From: the human T2T-CHM13v2.0 reference genome, Homo sapiens
Direction: 5' to 3' (one strand)
Assembly (NCBI RefSeq): GCF_009914755.1
Contig: NC_060933.1
Length of the DNA stretch: 64,000 nucleotides
Shown here: positions 31,092-47,785 of the stretch, piece by piece
How the letters are laid out: each line of letters starts with the position of its first letter
How positions within the stretch are numbered: the first letter of the stretch is position 1
The notes under the pieces: model-generated
Told to the model about the DNA's origin: nothing
Database searches by the model: none
Seen by the model: the letters and a program-made list of their open reading frames with translations, nothing else
Position numbers and translations under genes: made by a program

Positions 31092-31835
31092 AGTGACCAA
31101 GAGAGATGGAGAGAACGATGGTGTAAGACAGTATATAAGGACAGTAAGCCACTGTATTTGTGGAACCACTGCATGTCAAAACTCCTTAACACTCTAACAA
31201 GGCATTTTTGGTCTTTTAAGATTAAGGACAGTCCTTACATAAGGGACTCAGTTTCAAACTAAAGTACATCAAAAAGCAAATTATACTTCACAAACAACTT
31301 TAAAGAGGTAGCCACAAACCCAGTTGTTTTAGATTGGCCTTCTAAATGAAGTCAGCACATGGATCCATGTGTGAGTGTCATGGACGTCAGTGATTATGTA
31401 ACTGTCACTGAAAGAAAAAGGCACAGCTCTGCAGACACCCAAGAGAAGCTGGCATGTTTAATGTGGATGTAGAAGGGATAATGTCCATGGCAAATGATTG
31501 GAACACAACTGTCAGCAGCCTCAACACAGGCTAAGACTGGGTTAAGCCCCAGGAGATGCAGAGAATGACTGAGGAAGCTGTGGTCTAAGGGCACAGTACA
31601 GAAGGTAGCTTGGAGTGTGCTGTGTTTCCTAGAGCCTTTTAAGTTGGGTGGTTGAGTAAAGGAGGGTGGAGGCAGGCTGTTCTACTTCCAATCCATGGAT
31701 AAATCTCATTTTCTCAATGTAATACAGAGGCTGTTCTTCTATGATTGGCAAACACTATTTGTTCTTATCATGGAAACAGCATACTGCTATCAAGAAATAG
31801 GGAAAAGACAGTAAAAAAAATGTGTGGAAAGAATA

Positions 31836-32189
31836 TGGAATACCATGCAGCCATAAAAAATGATGAGTTCATGTCCTTTGTAGGGACGTGGATGAAGCTG
31901 GAAACCATCATTCTCAGCAAACTATCGCAAGGACAAAAAACCAAACGCCGCATGTTCTCACTCATAGGTGGGAATTGAACAATGAGAACACTTGGACACA
32001 GGAAGGCGAACATCACACACCAGGGACTGCTGTGTGGTGGGGGGAGGGGGGAGGGATAGCATTAGGAGATATACCTAATGGAAAAGACGAGTTAGTGGGT
32101 GCAGCAAACCAACATGGCACATGTATACATATGCAACAAACCTGCACATTGTGCACATGTACCCTAGAACTTTAAGTATAATAAAAAAA
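31836..32189 (+). mobile_element. 5'-truncated L1PA
   Basis: L1PA 3'UTR plus A tail; TSD gtgtggaaagaata at 31822-31835 and 32190-32203. Confidence 0.92.
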
Positions 32190-32599
32190 GTGTGGAAAGA
32201 ATAATATGGGTTTCTAACTGAATGCTTGCTTTTGAAGAGCCCAAAAACAAACGAACAAAAAATTCTAAGAGCAGCAAACATCTACGTCTGTTATATTACT
32301 GAATTACTCATTTTTAAAATCCTTATTTCATAGGAGAGATATTTACAATTTTGAATTACAACGTTTGAAAAACTTTGAAAATAACCTGAAAGGGGAAAGT
32401 TGACCTAAGCCATTTTATTCTCTTAAAAAAACCCCAGACTTTTGTATAATAGTAATCCCTGAACTGAGTATTTTTGAAGGTTTTTCAGATAATCTGATGT
32501 GCAAAGTTAGTTTGTTTTACTATTTAGTTGTTTGGAATAGTAGAGCATTATATGAGGCTCTTACTGGAGGCTTAATGGTATTAAGAGATTAAAAGCTTT

Positions 32600-34740
<2,141 letters not shown>

Positions 34741-34744
34741 TCTT

Positions 34745-34955
34745 ACTTTATTTTTCACCACAGAGCTTCCTATCAACTAGTATGTTGAATATTTTGCTTA
34801 TTAACTTTGTTTATTGTCTTCTCCCTCGATTAGAATATTAGCTACTTGAGTACAAGGATTTGAGCCTGTTACATTCACTGCTGAATTTTAGGCTCCTGGA
34901 AGATACCCAGCATTCAATAGCGACCACACAATAAATATATGTCAAATAAATGAGT
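34745..34955 (+). mobile_element. L2 3' end
   Basis: ttcactgctg...cacaataaatatatgtcaaataaatga. Confidence 0.6.
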
Positions 34956-35064
34956 CTGTAAGTTCATCAATTTATTTGCCCCTATGCATTAACTTTTGCC
35001 CATATAAATCCAATAACTCTTGTTATATGAAATCAACTGTACTATTTGCTTCATGTAATAGTTT

Positions 35065-35262
35065 AAAAATACATATGTGTGTATATAAATATATACAGAG
35101 ATCATAGACCTAACTCCATCTATATATGTGTGTATGTGATATATATAAATATATACACACATATATATGACTGACATATATATAAATATATACACACACA
35201 TATATATGACTGACATATATATAAATATATACACACACATAGATATGACTGATATGTATATC
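35065..35262. repeat. AT-rich micro/minisatellite (~36-bp atatatgactgacatatatataaatatatacacac unit)
   Basis: Seen directly, about 3 units. Confidence 0.85.
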
Positions 35263-36198
35263 TATCTTGTGTAAGTGGAATCAGGCAGTATTCAAACATA
35301 CTTTCAATTAGTAATGACTATAGTTTAAATAAGAGAAAGTTTAAAGATTCTGATAGTTTAAATAAGAGAAAGCAAACATCACTACTACTAGTATTTGGGG
35401 AAAAAGATTACAAATAGAGATATTATGATAAAAGCATACAATATTTTTTATGTTTGTGCACTTAGATCCATGTTCAAACTTTGGCTCACCTATACATGCA
35501 TAGCACATTGGAATATGTGCTACAGTATGCCATTTATAAAGGCTGAAAATAATAGTTTATAAACATTATTATTTATTTAGCAACCTCATAAGCTTGGTTT
35601 CAAAAATACCTGAATTACATAGCATAATCCCAGTGCTGGAGAACAGAACAGTAGCTGCCAAGGGTTAGGGTTGGCTGGAAGATGTGATTAGTGAGGGATA
35701 ACGTGAAAACGTGTACTTTGTTTGTGGTGATAGAGCAGTTCTGCATCCAGATAATGGTAATGGTTACATAAATCCACACTTCATAGATCTATACACACAC
35801 ATCACACATACATTCAAACACATCTGTACATGTAAAATCCTTAGAAATATGAATAGGGTCTGAACCTAAGTTAATGGTATGGAAACAATGTCAATTTCCT
35901 GATTTTGGCAATGTACTAGGTTAAGTTAGATATAATCATTGGGGAAAGTTGCCTGAAAATAGCATGGTCATTCATTTTACTTCTTTTTTTAACTTCTTAT
36001 GAGTCAAATTATTTTAAAACAAAAGGTATTAAGCAAAGACAAAAATTTGAAAGTTCAAAAATCAAAGCCCATATGAATTTGGACATATTATTTGATTTCT
36101 TTTGTAGACCTTGATTTCTTCACCTGTAAAAATGGAATAATAGTATGATTCCTATCTCATTATTGCCATGCTTAAATCATATCCCTTAAGTAGGTGCC
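35263..36198. repeat. Inverted repeat, left arm
   Basis: Reverse complement of 37360..38278 along its whole length. Confidence 0.93.
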
Positions 36199-36200
36199 TG

Positions 36201-36232
<32 letters not shown>

Positions 36233-37359
36233 TATATCTATATATATGACTGACTTTGACTGACTTAGGTCTATGATTTAAGATGTGGAAATTGGAATTT
36301 ACCAGAACATTTGTGAATTGATTTGTTCTTATGCTTCACCAACTGTCATGGTAAAGGACACCTTAGCCCCAGCTCATAGTATGAAAACACGTAAATGCTT
36401 CTATGTGCCCTAAATTTCTCTTGGTTAAGCTTTATACTTTTTTTTTTGTTTATGACACAGAAATATGATCACAAAGCACATGTGTACCACAATACAAATT
36501 TCATGTATTTTGTCTCTGTATTATGTTTTCTTTCCATTTATGTCTTTTCAAGCTAACAATTCCCAATCTCCTAATACAGTGGGCCTTTCAAGCACTTACT
36601 TCTTTAGATAGTCATGTTCTTTTAACTAGGATCTCATAGATAAAGTTATCAAAGCATGGAAAAGGATGAAGAACCTTGACTCCTTCCCCTCTCCATCCCC
36701 CACTGAATTCAATTCGTCCCAACCTTGTATTTGTTTTATTCTTCTGGAAAAGAAAATATAGTCATCACCCTCAATAAATATACAATCTAGTTAGAGAGAT
36801 ATGACTTCAGAGTAGGATTTCTTAGTTTTGATTTTGATTATCTTCCTTTAGATATTTGGAAAGACCAAAATGCTGTATGCTTATGGACTGCAAACAGTAT
36901 GAGTGGAAAACAAAAGTAATAAATGTTACTTCTGACTTTATTATAATGTTAGGATTGTTAATAGTTAACAATTACTTACTGAAGGAAGATTTAAATTGAA
37001 TATTTCTAAATGGGAAAGATTTAAAAAGCAGGTGAGTCCATAAATTTTAGGACCCAGAGTCTACTGAGCTAAAAACTCAATGAGAGTTAATTCTCTGTTG
37101 GTGTTGTAGCAATTCTTGAGGTTATTTGTGAAGACTCACATGAGAGCTAAACAATAAAAGAGGACTGAGACCACTTCAAGGGATGGAGAACACCTTCCTT
37201 TCTTGTTCAGATGATGCTCTGAGACATTGCTGTTTATTTTGACTGCCTCTTTTTAAACAAAGTTCCACTTAGGAACTTAAAAACCACCTGTAAACCAACA
37301 GCCACAAAAAAGTGGGGAACTCAGTGTTTAAGCATTATTGTTCACCAGACACGGTACTG

Positions 37360-38278
37360 GGCACTTACATAAATGGTATGGTTTAAGCATGACAATAATG
37401 AGATAGAAATTCTACTATCATTCCATTTTTACAGGTGAAGAAATCAAGGTCTACAAAAGAAATCAAATAATATGTTCAAATTCATAAAGGCTTTGATTTT
37501 AGAAATTTTAGATTTTTTGTCTTTGTTTAATACCAATTATTTTTAAATAATTTGACTCACAAGAAGTTAAAAAATAGTAAAAAGAATGACCGTGTTATTT
37601 TCAGCCAACTTTCCCCAATAATTATATCTAACTTAACCTAGTATGTTGCCAAAATCAGGAAATTGACATTGTTTCCATACCATTAACTTAGGTTCAGACC
37701 CTATTCATATTTCTAAGGATTTTACATGTACTCTTGTGTAGGTGTGTGTGAGTGTATGTGTGATGTGTGTGTATAGATCTATGAAGTGCGGATTTATGTA
37801 ACCATCACCATAATCTGGATGCAGAACTGCTCTATCACCACAAAGAAAGTACATGTTTTCATGTTATCCCTCACTAATCACATCTTCCAACCAACCCTAA
37901 CCTTTGGCAGCCACTGATCTGTTCTCCAGCACTAGGATTATGCTTTGTAAATCAGGTATTTTTGAAGCCAAAGCTCATGAGGTTGCCAAATAAATAATAA
38001 TATTTTATAAAATGTTATTTTCAGTCTTTATAAATGGCATACTGTAGCACATATTCAAATGTGCTATACATGTATAGGTGGCAAAGTTTGAACACGGATC
38101 TAAGTGCACAAATATAAAAAATATTGTACACTTTTATCACAATATCCCTATTTGTAATATTTTCCCCCAAAAGCTAGTAGTAGTGATGTTTGCTTTCTCT
38201 TATTTAAATTATCCGAATTATAGTCATTACTAATTGAAAGTATGTTTTAATACTGCCTGATTCCACTTACGTAAGATA
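37360..38278. repeat. Inverted repeat, right arm (MIR + L1M pieces + unique sequence)
   Basis: e.g. ccattaacttaggttcagaccctattcatatttctaaggattttacatgtac is the reverse complement of ~35826-35878. Confidence 0.93.
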
Positions 38279-39143
38279 TCTAAAATAGTTAAACTCCTAG
38301 AAATAGAGTAGAATATTGGTTGCCAGGGTCTGGAAGGAGGGGAAATTGGGGTTGCTGTTCAATGGGTATAAAATTCAGTTATAACAGATGAATAAGTTCT
38401 AGAGATCTGCTGTCAACAGAGCACCTATAGTTAACAAGATTCTATTGAGCAGTTAAAAATTTATTAAGAGGATATATCTCATGTTAAACATACTTCATTA
38501 ACAGAAAAAAAGGGAATATTTTACACATAAAATTACATATATGCCTCAATTTCACATTTCGTTTCACAAATTGTACTGGTGCTTAAAAGGTATTTTTGCA
38601 TTAAAAAACATCTAACTGAAGGAAAAGTTACAAATGAGTGATCATTCATAAATAAAATATAATCCTAGGGACCGCTGTTTTTCCATTTTGAACACCCTCC
38701 ACAATTAGTCTTAATAATTATGTTGACTGAATGCAAAATAATGATTTCTCAAGAGGCAATAGAAAATAGAGAATAAGTCCATTCTTGAGAAAATTTATAA
38801 TTAGTGAAAGTAATTTTTTCATCCTCTTTTCTTATTTAAATCTCAAGTACTCTCTGCCACTCTGTGCTCTTCTTTCTGGGGTAAAATATGCCAGCTATCC
38901 ACCGTCAGGGCATTCTCTAACCACTCCTCCCTAGAGATGTCTACAGACTTTTACTCAGCTAGACTGTCTTGTTGCCTGTCTTCATATCAACTTCGCAAGA
39001 CGTGTGGACCATTCTCTTAGGCCCCTGCATGGCAGTGCATAATATATTCCAAGCTAATTATCTAATGAGGTTCACTAAATTAATCTTTTATTATACCACA
39101 TAAAATACTCTTAGATCTAACAGTACAAACATTTCCAATTATG

Positions 39144-39440
39144 GGCCGGGCGCGGTGGTTCACGCCTGTAATCCCAGCACTTTGGGAGGCCGAGCTGGGC
39201 GGATCATGAGGTCAGGAGATCGAGGCCATCCTGGGTAACATGGTGAAACCCCGTCTCAACCAAACATACAAAAAATTAGCCAGGTGCGGTGGCGGGCGCC
39301 TGTAGTCTCAGCTACTCACAAGGCTGAGGCAGGAGAATGGCGTGAACCCAGGAGGCGGAGCTTGCGGTGCGCCCAGATTGCGCCACTGCACTCCAACCTG
39401 GGCGACAGAGGGAAACTCTGTCTCAAAAAAAAGAAGAAAA
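39144..39440 (+). mobile_element. AluY
   Basis: gagatcgag and ggcgtgaacc diagnostic positions; ttccaatta on both flanks. Confidence 0.9.
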
Positions 39441-41640
39441 TTCCAATTACATCACTCCTTTGAATTACATCCTAAGACTAATTAAAAGAGGGTATCACAA
39501 AAATAGAAATGATAGCGACAGAAAATGGTCCCAATTTTCACTGCACTGTTGCTAAGACCACCTTGCCACTCATCATTATAGAATGCCTTTCAGGTAACAT
39601 AATAAGAGCCATTTTTAAAATGGAACCTTACTATACCCATGTGTGACAGGCAGAGGGACTCTATTATTATTCATAGTTTACAGATGAAGCAGTTAGATTT
39701 GCCCCAGGTCACTGGCTTATTCAATGACAGGCTAAGACAGAACCAAGTTTTATTCTCAAATAAGACCATAAAGAAGAAGATTGATCCAAATGACTTATAA
39801 AATTTTCTTACAGCCCCAGTAACAATCATAGATAAGCTAATGATTTCTTTAATAAAAATCTGATATGACAAGTAGAATGTGACAGAATCAACATGATCAA
39901 TTAATCAGATTTGGGTAGTAGTTTGGTAGCTAAATGTTGGATACTCTTGGACATAAAGATGACAGTATTTATGACGATAAGGATGACCATTCCACAGTTT
40001 GAGAATTTCTACAGAGAGAGAGATGAAGAAAATTTCTGAAGTAATTGAAACTGTGTGAAGATGAATTATTTGGTTGATGAACTGCTATCATTCTAAATGG
40101 ACTTCACTTTCTCGAAAAATAACGCATAAAGATGAAGTATGTATTGAATGAAAATTATATTTTGTTTTTCCATTTTTTACCTAATAAAAAAATCAGAAAA
40201 ACAGATTTTTTTCAAAAAAAGAAAAGATGACTATAATAGACAATGGAGACTAGTAGAGGCAGTAGGGAGGGCAGCCAGGGTTGAAAAACTACAGGGTACT
40301 AAGCTTCGTATCTGTATGATGAGATCAGTCATACCCCAAACCTCAGCATGGCACAATATACCCGGGTAACAAACCTGCCTAGACATTTGTGTAAAATGAG
40401 ATGATTGCAGGGTAGTTTTAAAAGTCATTCCCCTTATGAAAATATGGAATGTTGTGTACATTATTTCATAGACTTTGTGCTTAGTTAAAGGTCTTAACCA
40501 AAAATTCTAAATGATTTCTCCTATTAATAAATAAATATCAATAACATCATTTTAATGGGCTCTATGAAGACCTTATTGTGTGATTGTATCATAATTCAAC
40601 AAGTGCCCTATTGTTGAACACTTAGGCTCTTTCTGATTATTTCCCTTTACAAAAAATGCTATATTATAAATTGTTGTATGTATTTTTAAGTTATGAAATT
40701 TTTAGGGCAAAAGGTGAATAAATGTAAGGTCTTTGATAAATACTGTCAGAATTCTCTCCATAGAGGATACGATAAAGCATCTTTTCATTTGAAGGAGCAA
40801 GAAAAACTGCTAAATACTTCTGAGACTTCCAGTACTTTTTTGGTTTTAAGTTTTTTTGTTGTTTATTTGGTTTTTTGGAGGTTTTCTGTTTTGTTTTATA
40901 AGTAGGTTTCAGTATTACTAAGTATTCAGTCATGGTGGATATTCAAAGAATAATTTCTCTCTTTGGGATTATTCCTCTAACACTATGAGCAAGTATCACT
41001 GTGTTCTTTCTCTAAAGGAAAATATGAAGCATAGACAAATTAAATGCTGCTCAGATTCTAAAACTATGAAAATATAACAATGGAGAAACAAATAGCAAGT
41101 CTGTAGCTACTCAGTGACTTTAGCATTGAGTGGATCCTAAAATGCCTATTTTGCACAGAATGAAAAAGATACAGCAGGTTCCTTTGGAAGATCAAAGTGA
41201 GAAAATTGACTACAGCTTTAACAGCCTTAAAATAAATTTTTGGCAGAATGGAAAAGTATGCATAATTGAGAAAAGTACACTAATCTGTAGAATAAAATGG
41301 ATATAAAAACAGGCTAAACCGTAATGCTGCTGCCTGTTCTTTTCACAACAATCTTCCACCTGTCCCTGACTGCTGTGTTTAGGGAATCAAAGTTTAGAGC
41401 TGAAAAAGTAGGAGGTTGGAGAGTTTAGGAGGAAGGCAGTGTAGGGCTGTGTAAATTGCAGAGAAGTTGGAGCCAGAAGACTTGAGTGGCATGCGATTGT
41501 GGATGGGCTATGAAATCTGGAAGCCTGCCTTTAAATACCAACTCAGACATTTACTAATCCTATGATCCCAGGCAAATACCATATCCTCTCTTTGGCTCAG
41601 TTTCTACATTTTTAAATAGAGATAAAAATAGTGCCTTACT

Positions 41641-42096
<456 letters not shown>

Positions 42097-42551
42097 TTAT
42101 TTATTAAATATTAGCCATTCTTTTATTATATAACTAGATTGGAACTGGGCAGGTCACCTTACCTTGTGTCTCAATTTCTTCAACTGTAAAATGAAGTAGT
42201 TAGACAATGTGAGCATGTGATATCACAACTAGATGTGAAAGTCTATGGTCCTATCACAACAGCAACAACAACAAACTCACTGGATGCTATCATGCTACCA
42301 TTAGAGTAGGTTTGGAAATGATCCGAAGCCAGCAAAGTGAATATGAAAATAAAGAATTCAAAGCACAGTAGGGGAGAAAAGGAGAGAGGGGAAATAAGAA
42401 AAGTCACTTTTACAGATAGATTTTTTACATCTACATTTATCATCTGATACTATAATTATATCAAATATGTGATTGATTGCATAGGCAATAAAGTTACTAT
42501 AAAACAGTCATTTGTGCATTGTAAGAAGAGTGGTTTTTTCCAACTTCCTTT

Positions 42552-43036
42552 TGTAAACCAATAAGTGAATGAGGCAGATCTCAAGTGATTTAGAGATTTT
42601 GCTTTGCAAGGTGGAGGATACACCTGGGAAAAAGGATCACAAGTCACAAGTAGGTGATGTCCTGTGCTTTTTCTAAAGAGGGTTTTGGGAACTTCAATAT
42701 TTAAAGGAGAAAGAGGAAGCAGGCAGGAAATTAAAACAGGGGAGGAAAAGAAGGAGAGAGGGAAGGCAAGAAAGCTAATGGCTACATTCTTGTGAGGCTC
42801 TGATTAGTGCTCAGTGAATCTATATGTTACATGTGGCAAAAACAGGAGGAAGGAGTCAGTTGTGCATTCATCCTCTCTCTCAGGAAATCTACATTTTACG
42901 TAAGTTAAAGTAAGCATATGAAATTACAGCTGTTTGGGAACAAAAGGATGGCAGTTTTTGCATGACTCAGGTTCCAAGCTTAATTTTCCTTTGTCATAGT
43001 GAGTTTGGGGTCCTGAGATTTTATTTTCCTTTCACA
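42552..43036 (-). mobile_element. ERV1 MER4-group solo LTR (MER83-like)
   Basis: tgt...ttttcctttcaca termini with 4-bp TSD cttt. Confidence 0.7.
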
Positions 43037-43448
43037 CTTTCTACCAATATAAAGCTTCCTCATAGATGCCTTCTTTTTTCAAACATTAACAACCCTCGTG
43101 GTTTTCTCTCATTTTAAGTACAGAAAACATAATACTGTACAATAATTTTATCTGTCTTAAATACAAGACTGCTTATGATTCACTTAAAATAAAAAAAATG
43201 GCTCCACATTTCTGGCTTTTAGTTGGATTATGATTTCAACCAAAAATCAGAGCTTTTTAACCTTGAGTTTGAGTTTCACACACCCAGTAAAGTGGAAATA
43301 TAGACTTTTTCTTAGGACAGTGTTATGACACTCAAAAGAATCGTGGCCAAACTTAATTACCTGTTGCAAACATCATTGCAGTTTTTTACTGAACTATCAG
43401 AGACTTTCTTGTGTCTATCACAGTGTATATGCTAAATACATATTACAG

Positions 43449-43750
43449 GGCCAGGCACAGTGGCCCATGCCTATAATCTCAATGCTTAGACAGGCCAAAG
43501 CAGGAGCATTGCTTGAGGCCAAGATTTTGACACCTGCCTGGGCAACATAGCACAACCCCATCTCTAATTTTTTTTTTTTAATTAGCCAAGCATGGTGGTA
43601 GGTGCCTGTAGACCAAGACACTTGGGAGGCTGAGATGGGAGGATCAATTGAGCCCAGGAGTAAGGTTACAGTGAACTATGATCACACCCCTGCACTTCAG
43701 CCTGGGTGACAGAGTGAGACCCTGATTCTAAAAATAAAAAATAAATTAAA
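43449..43750 (+). mobile_element. AluJ
   Basis: Diverged Alu dimer. Confidence 0.85.
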
Positions 43751-45890
43751 AATACATAAATACATAAATAAGTATTATGGAATCAACAAATAAATAAATT
43801 GAAAAAAGGATTGCATAAAATTACTTAGTAATGAGGCCTTTGTTGTCTATCCTTATATAAAATAAATCCCCAGGCCCCCACATCCCCCTTACTGTTCTTA
43901 TTTTTCTCCATACCATTCATAGTCATGTTATACTACATATGTATTTGTTGATGGTCTTTCTCTTACTGGTAGAATGTAAGCTCCATGATAGAAGAGACGT
44001 TGTTGATGTTTTCCTTTGTATTTTTTTCACTGCTTAATTCCCAGTGCACACAGTAAGCACACAATAAATATTTACTGTATGGATATTTAAGCAAGTCACT
44101 TCCCTCAATTTCTTCAAATTATTTATGTCACTTTGAAGGTAAAATCTCTCTTCTATACATCATTTTTCCTTCAATCTCCACTTTTAATATCTGTCACTGG
44201 CAAACGTAATAAGTATACTCATTGTTCAGGTCAATAATGAGAAATTTAAGCACTTTATTAAATATTTATTGAGTGTTCCTCTATAATGGACACTCTACTA
44301 TACATTTCTGCCTTATTTGTGGAATGTATTCAATGTAATTATGCCACACAGGTAGACTTCCAGATCCTTGTGTCAAACTTACTTTCCTTGGCTTTGTTGG
44401 AGAACACATACTGTTATGAAGCTCACTTTAAGGCAAATATTTCCTGAAAATACAAAACTGATAGATATATGTATGTAGGTTTCCTTCTTATATGTCTTTT
44501 ACAAGCAATGAAGTTGTATATCTCCTTTAGTGTTTAATGGGTTTCATCAGATAATGCCCTAGAAGTTTTATCAAATTTTTCTGTCCATCTTTTGAAGGTG
44601 TATGAGAGTGAAAAAATGCAGTCTGCTGCTTCACTAATAAAACTAGGACAAATGCCACTCCAACCGAAATATGTGAAACACTTGGTTTTATTAATTTGAA
44701 GCATTTTAAACCTCTAAATTTGGACTCGAGTAAAGACATTTCATAGAAAAACTGAAATATTTTTTGTTTATTTTTTAATCTTGATAACTTGTAATAGTTT
44801 ACAGCCACAGTGGCAGCTTTTATATGTGTACATGCATTTAAATACAGTTTCATAAATAGCCATGTGGCAAAATATCTGCCTCTAGGCAAAAAAAAAATAT
44901 TTGCCACTAAATGAACATCTTTAAGTAATATTGAAAATAGATGTGAGGTAATTTTTTATCTAAAGTGACTGTAGCCTATATTAAGACATACTCACTGTAA
45001 CAATTCAAGTTTTAAAATCCTTGTTTTATAACTCAAAAATGTGTCTTTTCCAAAAAACACATCTTTACATTTATTGCTATTGTACATTCATTTGGCAGGA
45101 AACAGGGATGTTTGATGTCTTGCAATGATAAAACAATCATATTCAATAGAAAATTATCTCACATTCTGCATGACTTTTGAACATTCTATAAGATAATTAC
45201 ATAAGTGAAAAACCAATTTGTAGATATCTGAGTACAACCATTTAATAAATGTGAATAAAGCATTTCAGAACATTTTAATGTACACTGCATCTTCTGATAG
45301 TAAGATTTTAGGTTAAAATAAGATTATACTTTAAAAAGCTTACCGTTATGAAAAAAAATTATATCACTGTTGGCAATGCCTTTTTCATATTTGAGATGCT
45401 AGTCCAACATATTGCATATCCATTTGTTTTTGTTTGACTTTATTGTTATTACATTCATGGTAATACTAAAATACACACACACACAATTACTTAGGTTTTT
45501 TTTTTCAATAAAAAGCCCAAAGAAAAATGCTGACAACGTTCAGTTGAAATTTTGAAATTGGGTTTTATAATTCTGCCCACATAGCAAAAGCTGAAATGGT
45601 CTATGAAGATGTAGTTTTTGAAAGAATGAAGCAAGTAGTAAAACCAACAAAACCAAGTGAAAATTATACGAGGAAACACAATAATAAGTTAACAAAAAAA
45701 TACACTTTTTCTTCATGTTGACAAGACATGATTTATTCCTTTCTAATATTTTCCCATCTCTTATAAATATATAAGCTTGCTTGCTAATACTTTGTCTAAC
45801 TCTAATTTTTATTCTGTTACCAATGTCATTAATACTTTATTTTTCTTTATTTCTCTTGTAAAGTGACTTCTGAACTTCCTAGTTTGTTTA

Positions 45891-46200
45891 AACTATCGCA
45901 AGGTCAGAAAACCAAACACTGCATATTCTCACTCATAGGTGGAAATTAAACAATGAGAATACTTGGACACAGGCAGGGGAACATCACACACTGGGGCCTG
46001 TCATGGGGTGGGGGGCTGGGGGAGGGAGAGCATTAGGAGAAATACCTAATGTAAATGACAAGTTAATGGGTGCAGCAAACCAACACAGCACATGTATACA
46101 GATGTAACAAACCTGCACGTTGTGCACATGTACCCTAGAACTTAAAGTATAATAAAAATAAATAAATACATAAATAAAATAAAATGAATAAAAAATAAAT
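45891..46200 (+). mobile_element. 5'-truncated L1PA
   Basis: L1PA 3'UTR and A-rich tail. Confidence 0.9.
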
Positions 46201-46337
46201 ACAAACATATTAATCATAAGTAAATGAAACATCTGATAATCTCATTATGTCTGGTAGTAATGTCACCTCTGAGTATTTAAATATTCATCTACATATTTCT
46301 TTGCTAAATTTCCTTTTATTTCTCCTTTATATTAAAC

Positions 46338-47250
46338 TTTTTTTAGAGAGCACAACTCCAAAGCATCTTTTATTAATATAGAAAGGTCATATTTAGCAAA
46401 AGACACAAGGCAGGGAAGTGTCAGGCCTGAGGCCTGAGCTGTGCTGAGGGAGAAAGAGGCTCTGGACAAGTGCTGGGAAGGGCTGAGTGGTGGGGGCCAC
46501 AGAAAGTTCCAGTGGGCAACACTGTCTGCAGGTCATGGGTGGGACTCACGGGGACCTCGCTGCTAACTCTTGTTGCGTTGGCGGGGTGGGGTGGGGAGGG
46601 GGGTCCTTAGTGCTGCCACCTGCAGTGAGAACCGTCCCTTGGTTCCTGGAGGGCACCCATCAAGGGACACAGGACAGGAAGCCCAGGATGGTTAGTGCAA
46701 CTAGGGATGAAGGCCAGGGAGAAGCAGGTGCTCTGAAGTCCAGACACAGAGGCCTAGGAGCTTCCTGTTAAGTGTGGGCGTTCCGCTCTGTCTCTACCAG
46801 GCACTCTGACTAGGGATGGATGATACCTCTCTTCAGGCGCTCCGCGGCGCTCTTGCTGCCAGCATAGGTGGGCCGGATCCCTTTGCCCATCTCCCCTGTG
46901 ACCAACAGCGGTTCCGTGTAGGTGCTCTGGGAGCCCTGGGCACCAGGTGGTTTCATGGCCTGCACACAACCGACCGTAGGTGGTCCGAAGTCTTTAAACA
47001 GCGGTCTGCAAGGGGCAGTGGCTCCCGGCCCTGAGCCCGACGGCGACGGGACGCTTCCTGTAGGGACCGGAGTGCCTGGCCCAGGGGTGCTGAAGCCGGG
47101 GGTGCTGCTGGGGGCAGGGGTGGTAGGTTTGTAGGACATCCCCAACTCCTGGGCGCTGGGGAAGCCAGCAGGCTGCTCTTCGGGGGTTGGCTGCGGGACC
47201 GCTCAGCAGCGATCTGATTGGCAAGCGGGCTGCACGCCCCCTGGTAAATC
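46338..47250 (-). pseudogene. CDK2AP2P: CDK2AP2 (DOC-1R) processed pseudogene; ORF 47139..46810 (109 aa)
   Basis: MSYKP...GAQGSQSTY...IRPTYAGSKS..ERLKRGIIH. Intronless with 5' and 3' UTR, AATAAA at 46373-46368, poly(A) remnant 46344-46338, TSD tatattaaac at 46328-46337 and 47251-47260. Confidence 0.95.
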
Positions 47251-47785
47251 TATATTAAACGTTTTAACTGCAATTTGTATTAATCTAAATACAGTTCAAA
47301 TATTCTCCATGAAAATTTCACATTTGAGTTGAGACATCCTAAAATGTAAAATACACAATGGATTTCAAAGATTTCATATGAAAAAAGAATGCAAACTATC
47401 TCTAATAATTTTTATATTGATTACATATTGACCCAATATTTTGGATATATATTGGGTTAAATAAAATATACAATTTAAAAAAATTATGCTACATTTTTGT
47501 TAAAAAATTTAAATAAACTATATATGAAATTATTTCTTGGGATAGAAAAGGGGACGTGATTAAATATTTACTTAAACTTTTTTCAAAAACATATCTTTAA
47601 AACAGATTTTCAAACACAAAAGTATTTTAATTTTGAATAGGTAAAATAAACTTATTCCTGCTGAAATTCAATCATGGCATGATTTCCTTTGTATGCATTT
47701 GAGGACTCTGTTTATAACCCAGATAAAAACATAAAACTTTTGAAACTCTTCTAAGAATGTCTAACACAAATTACCTGTATAGATA

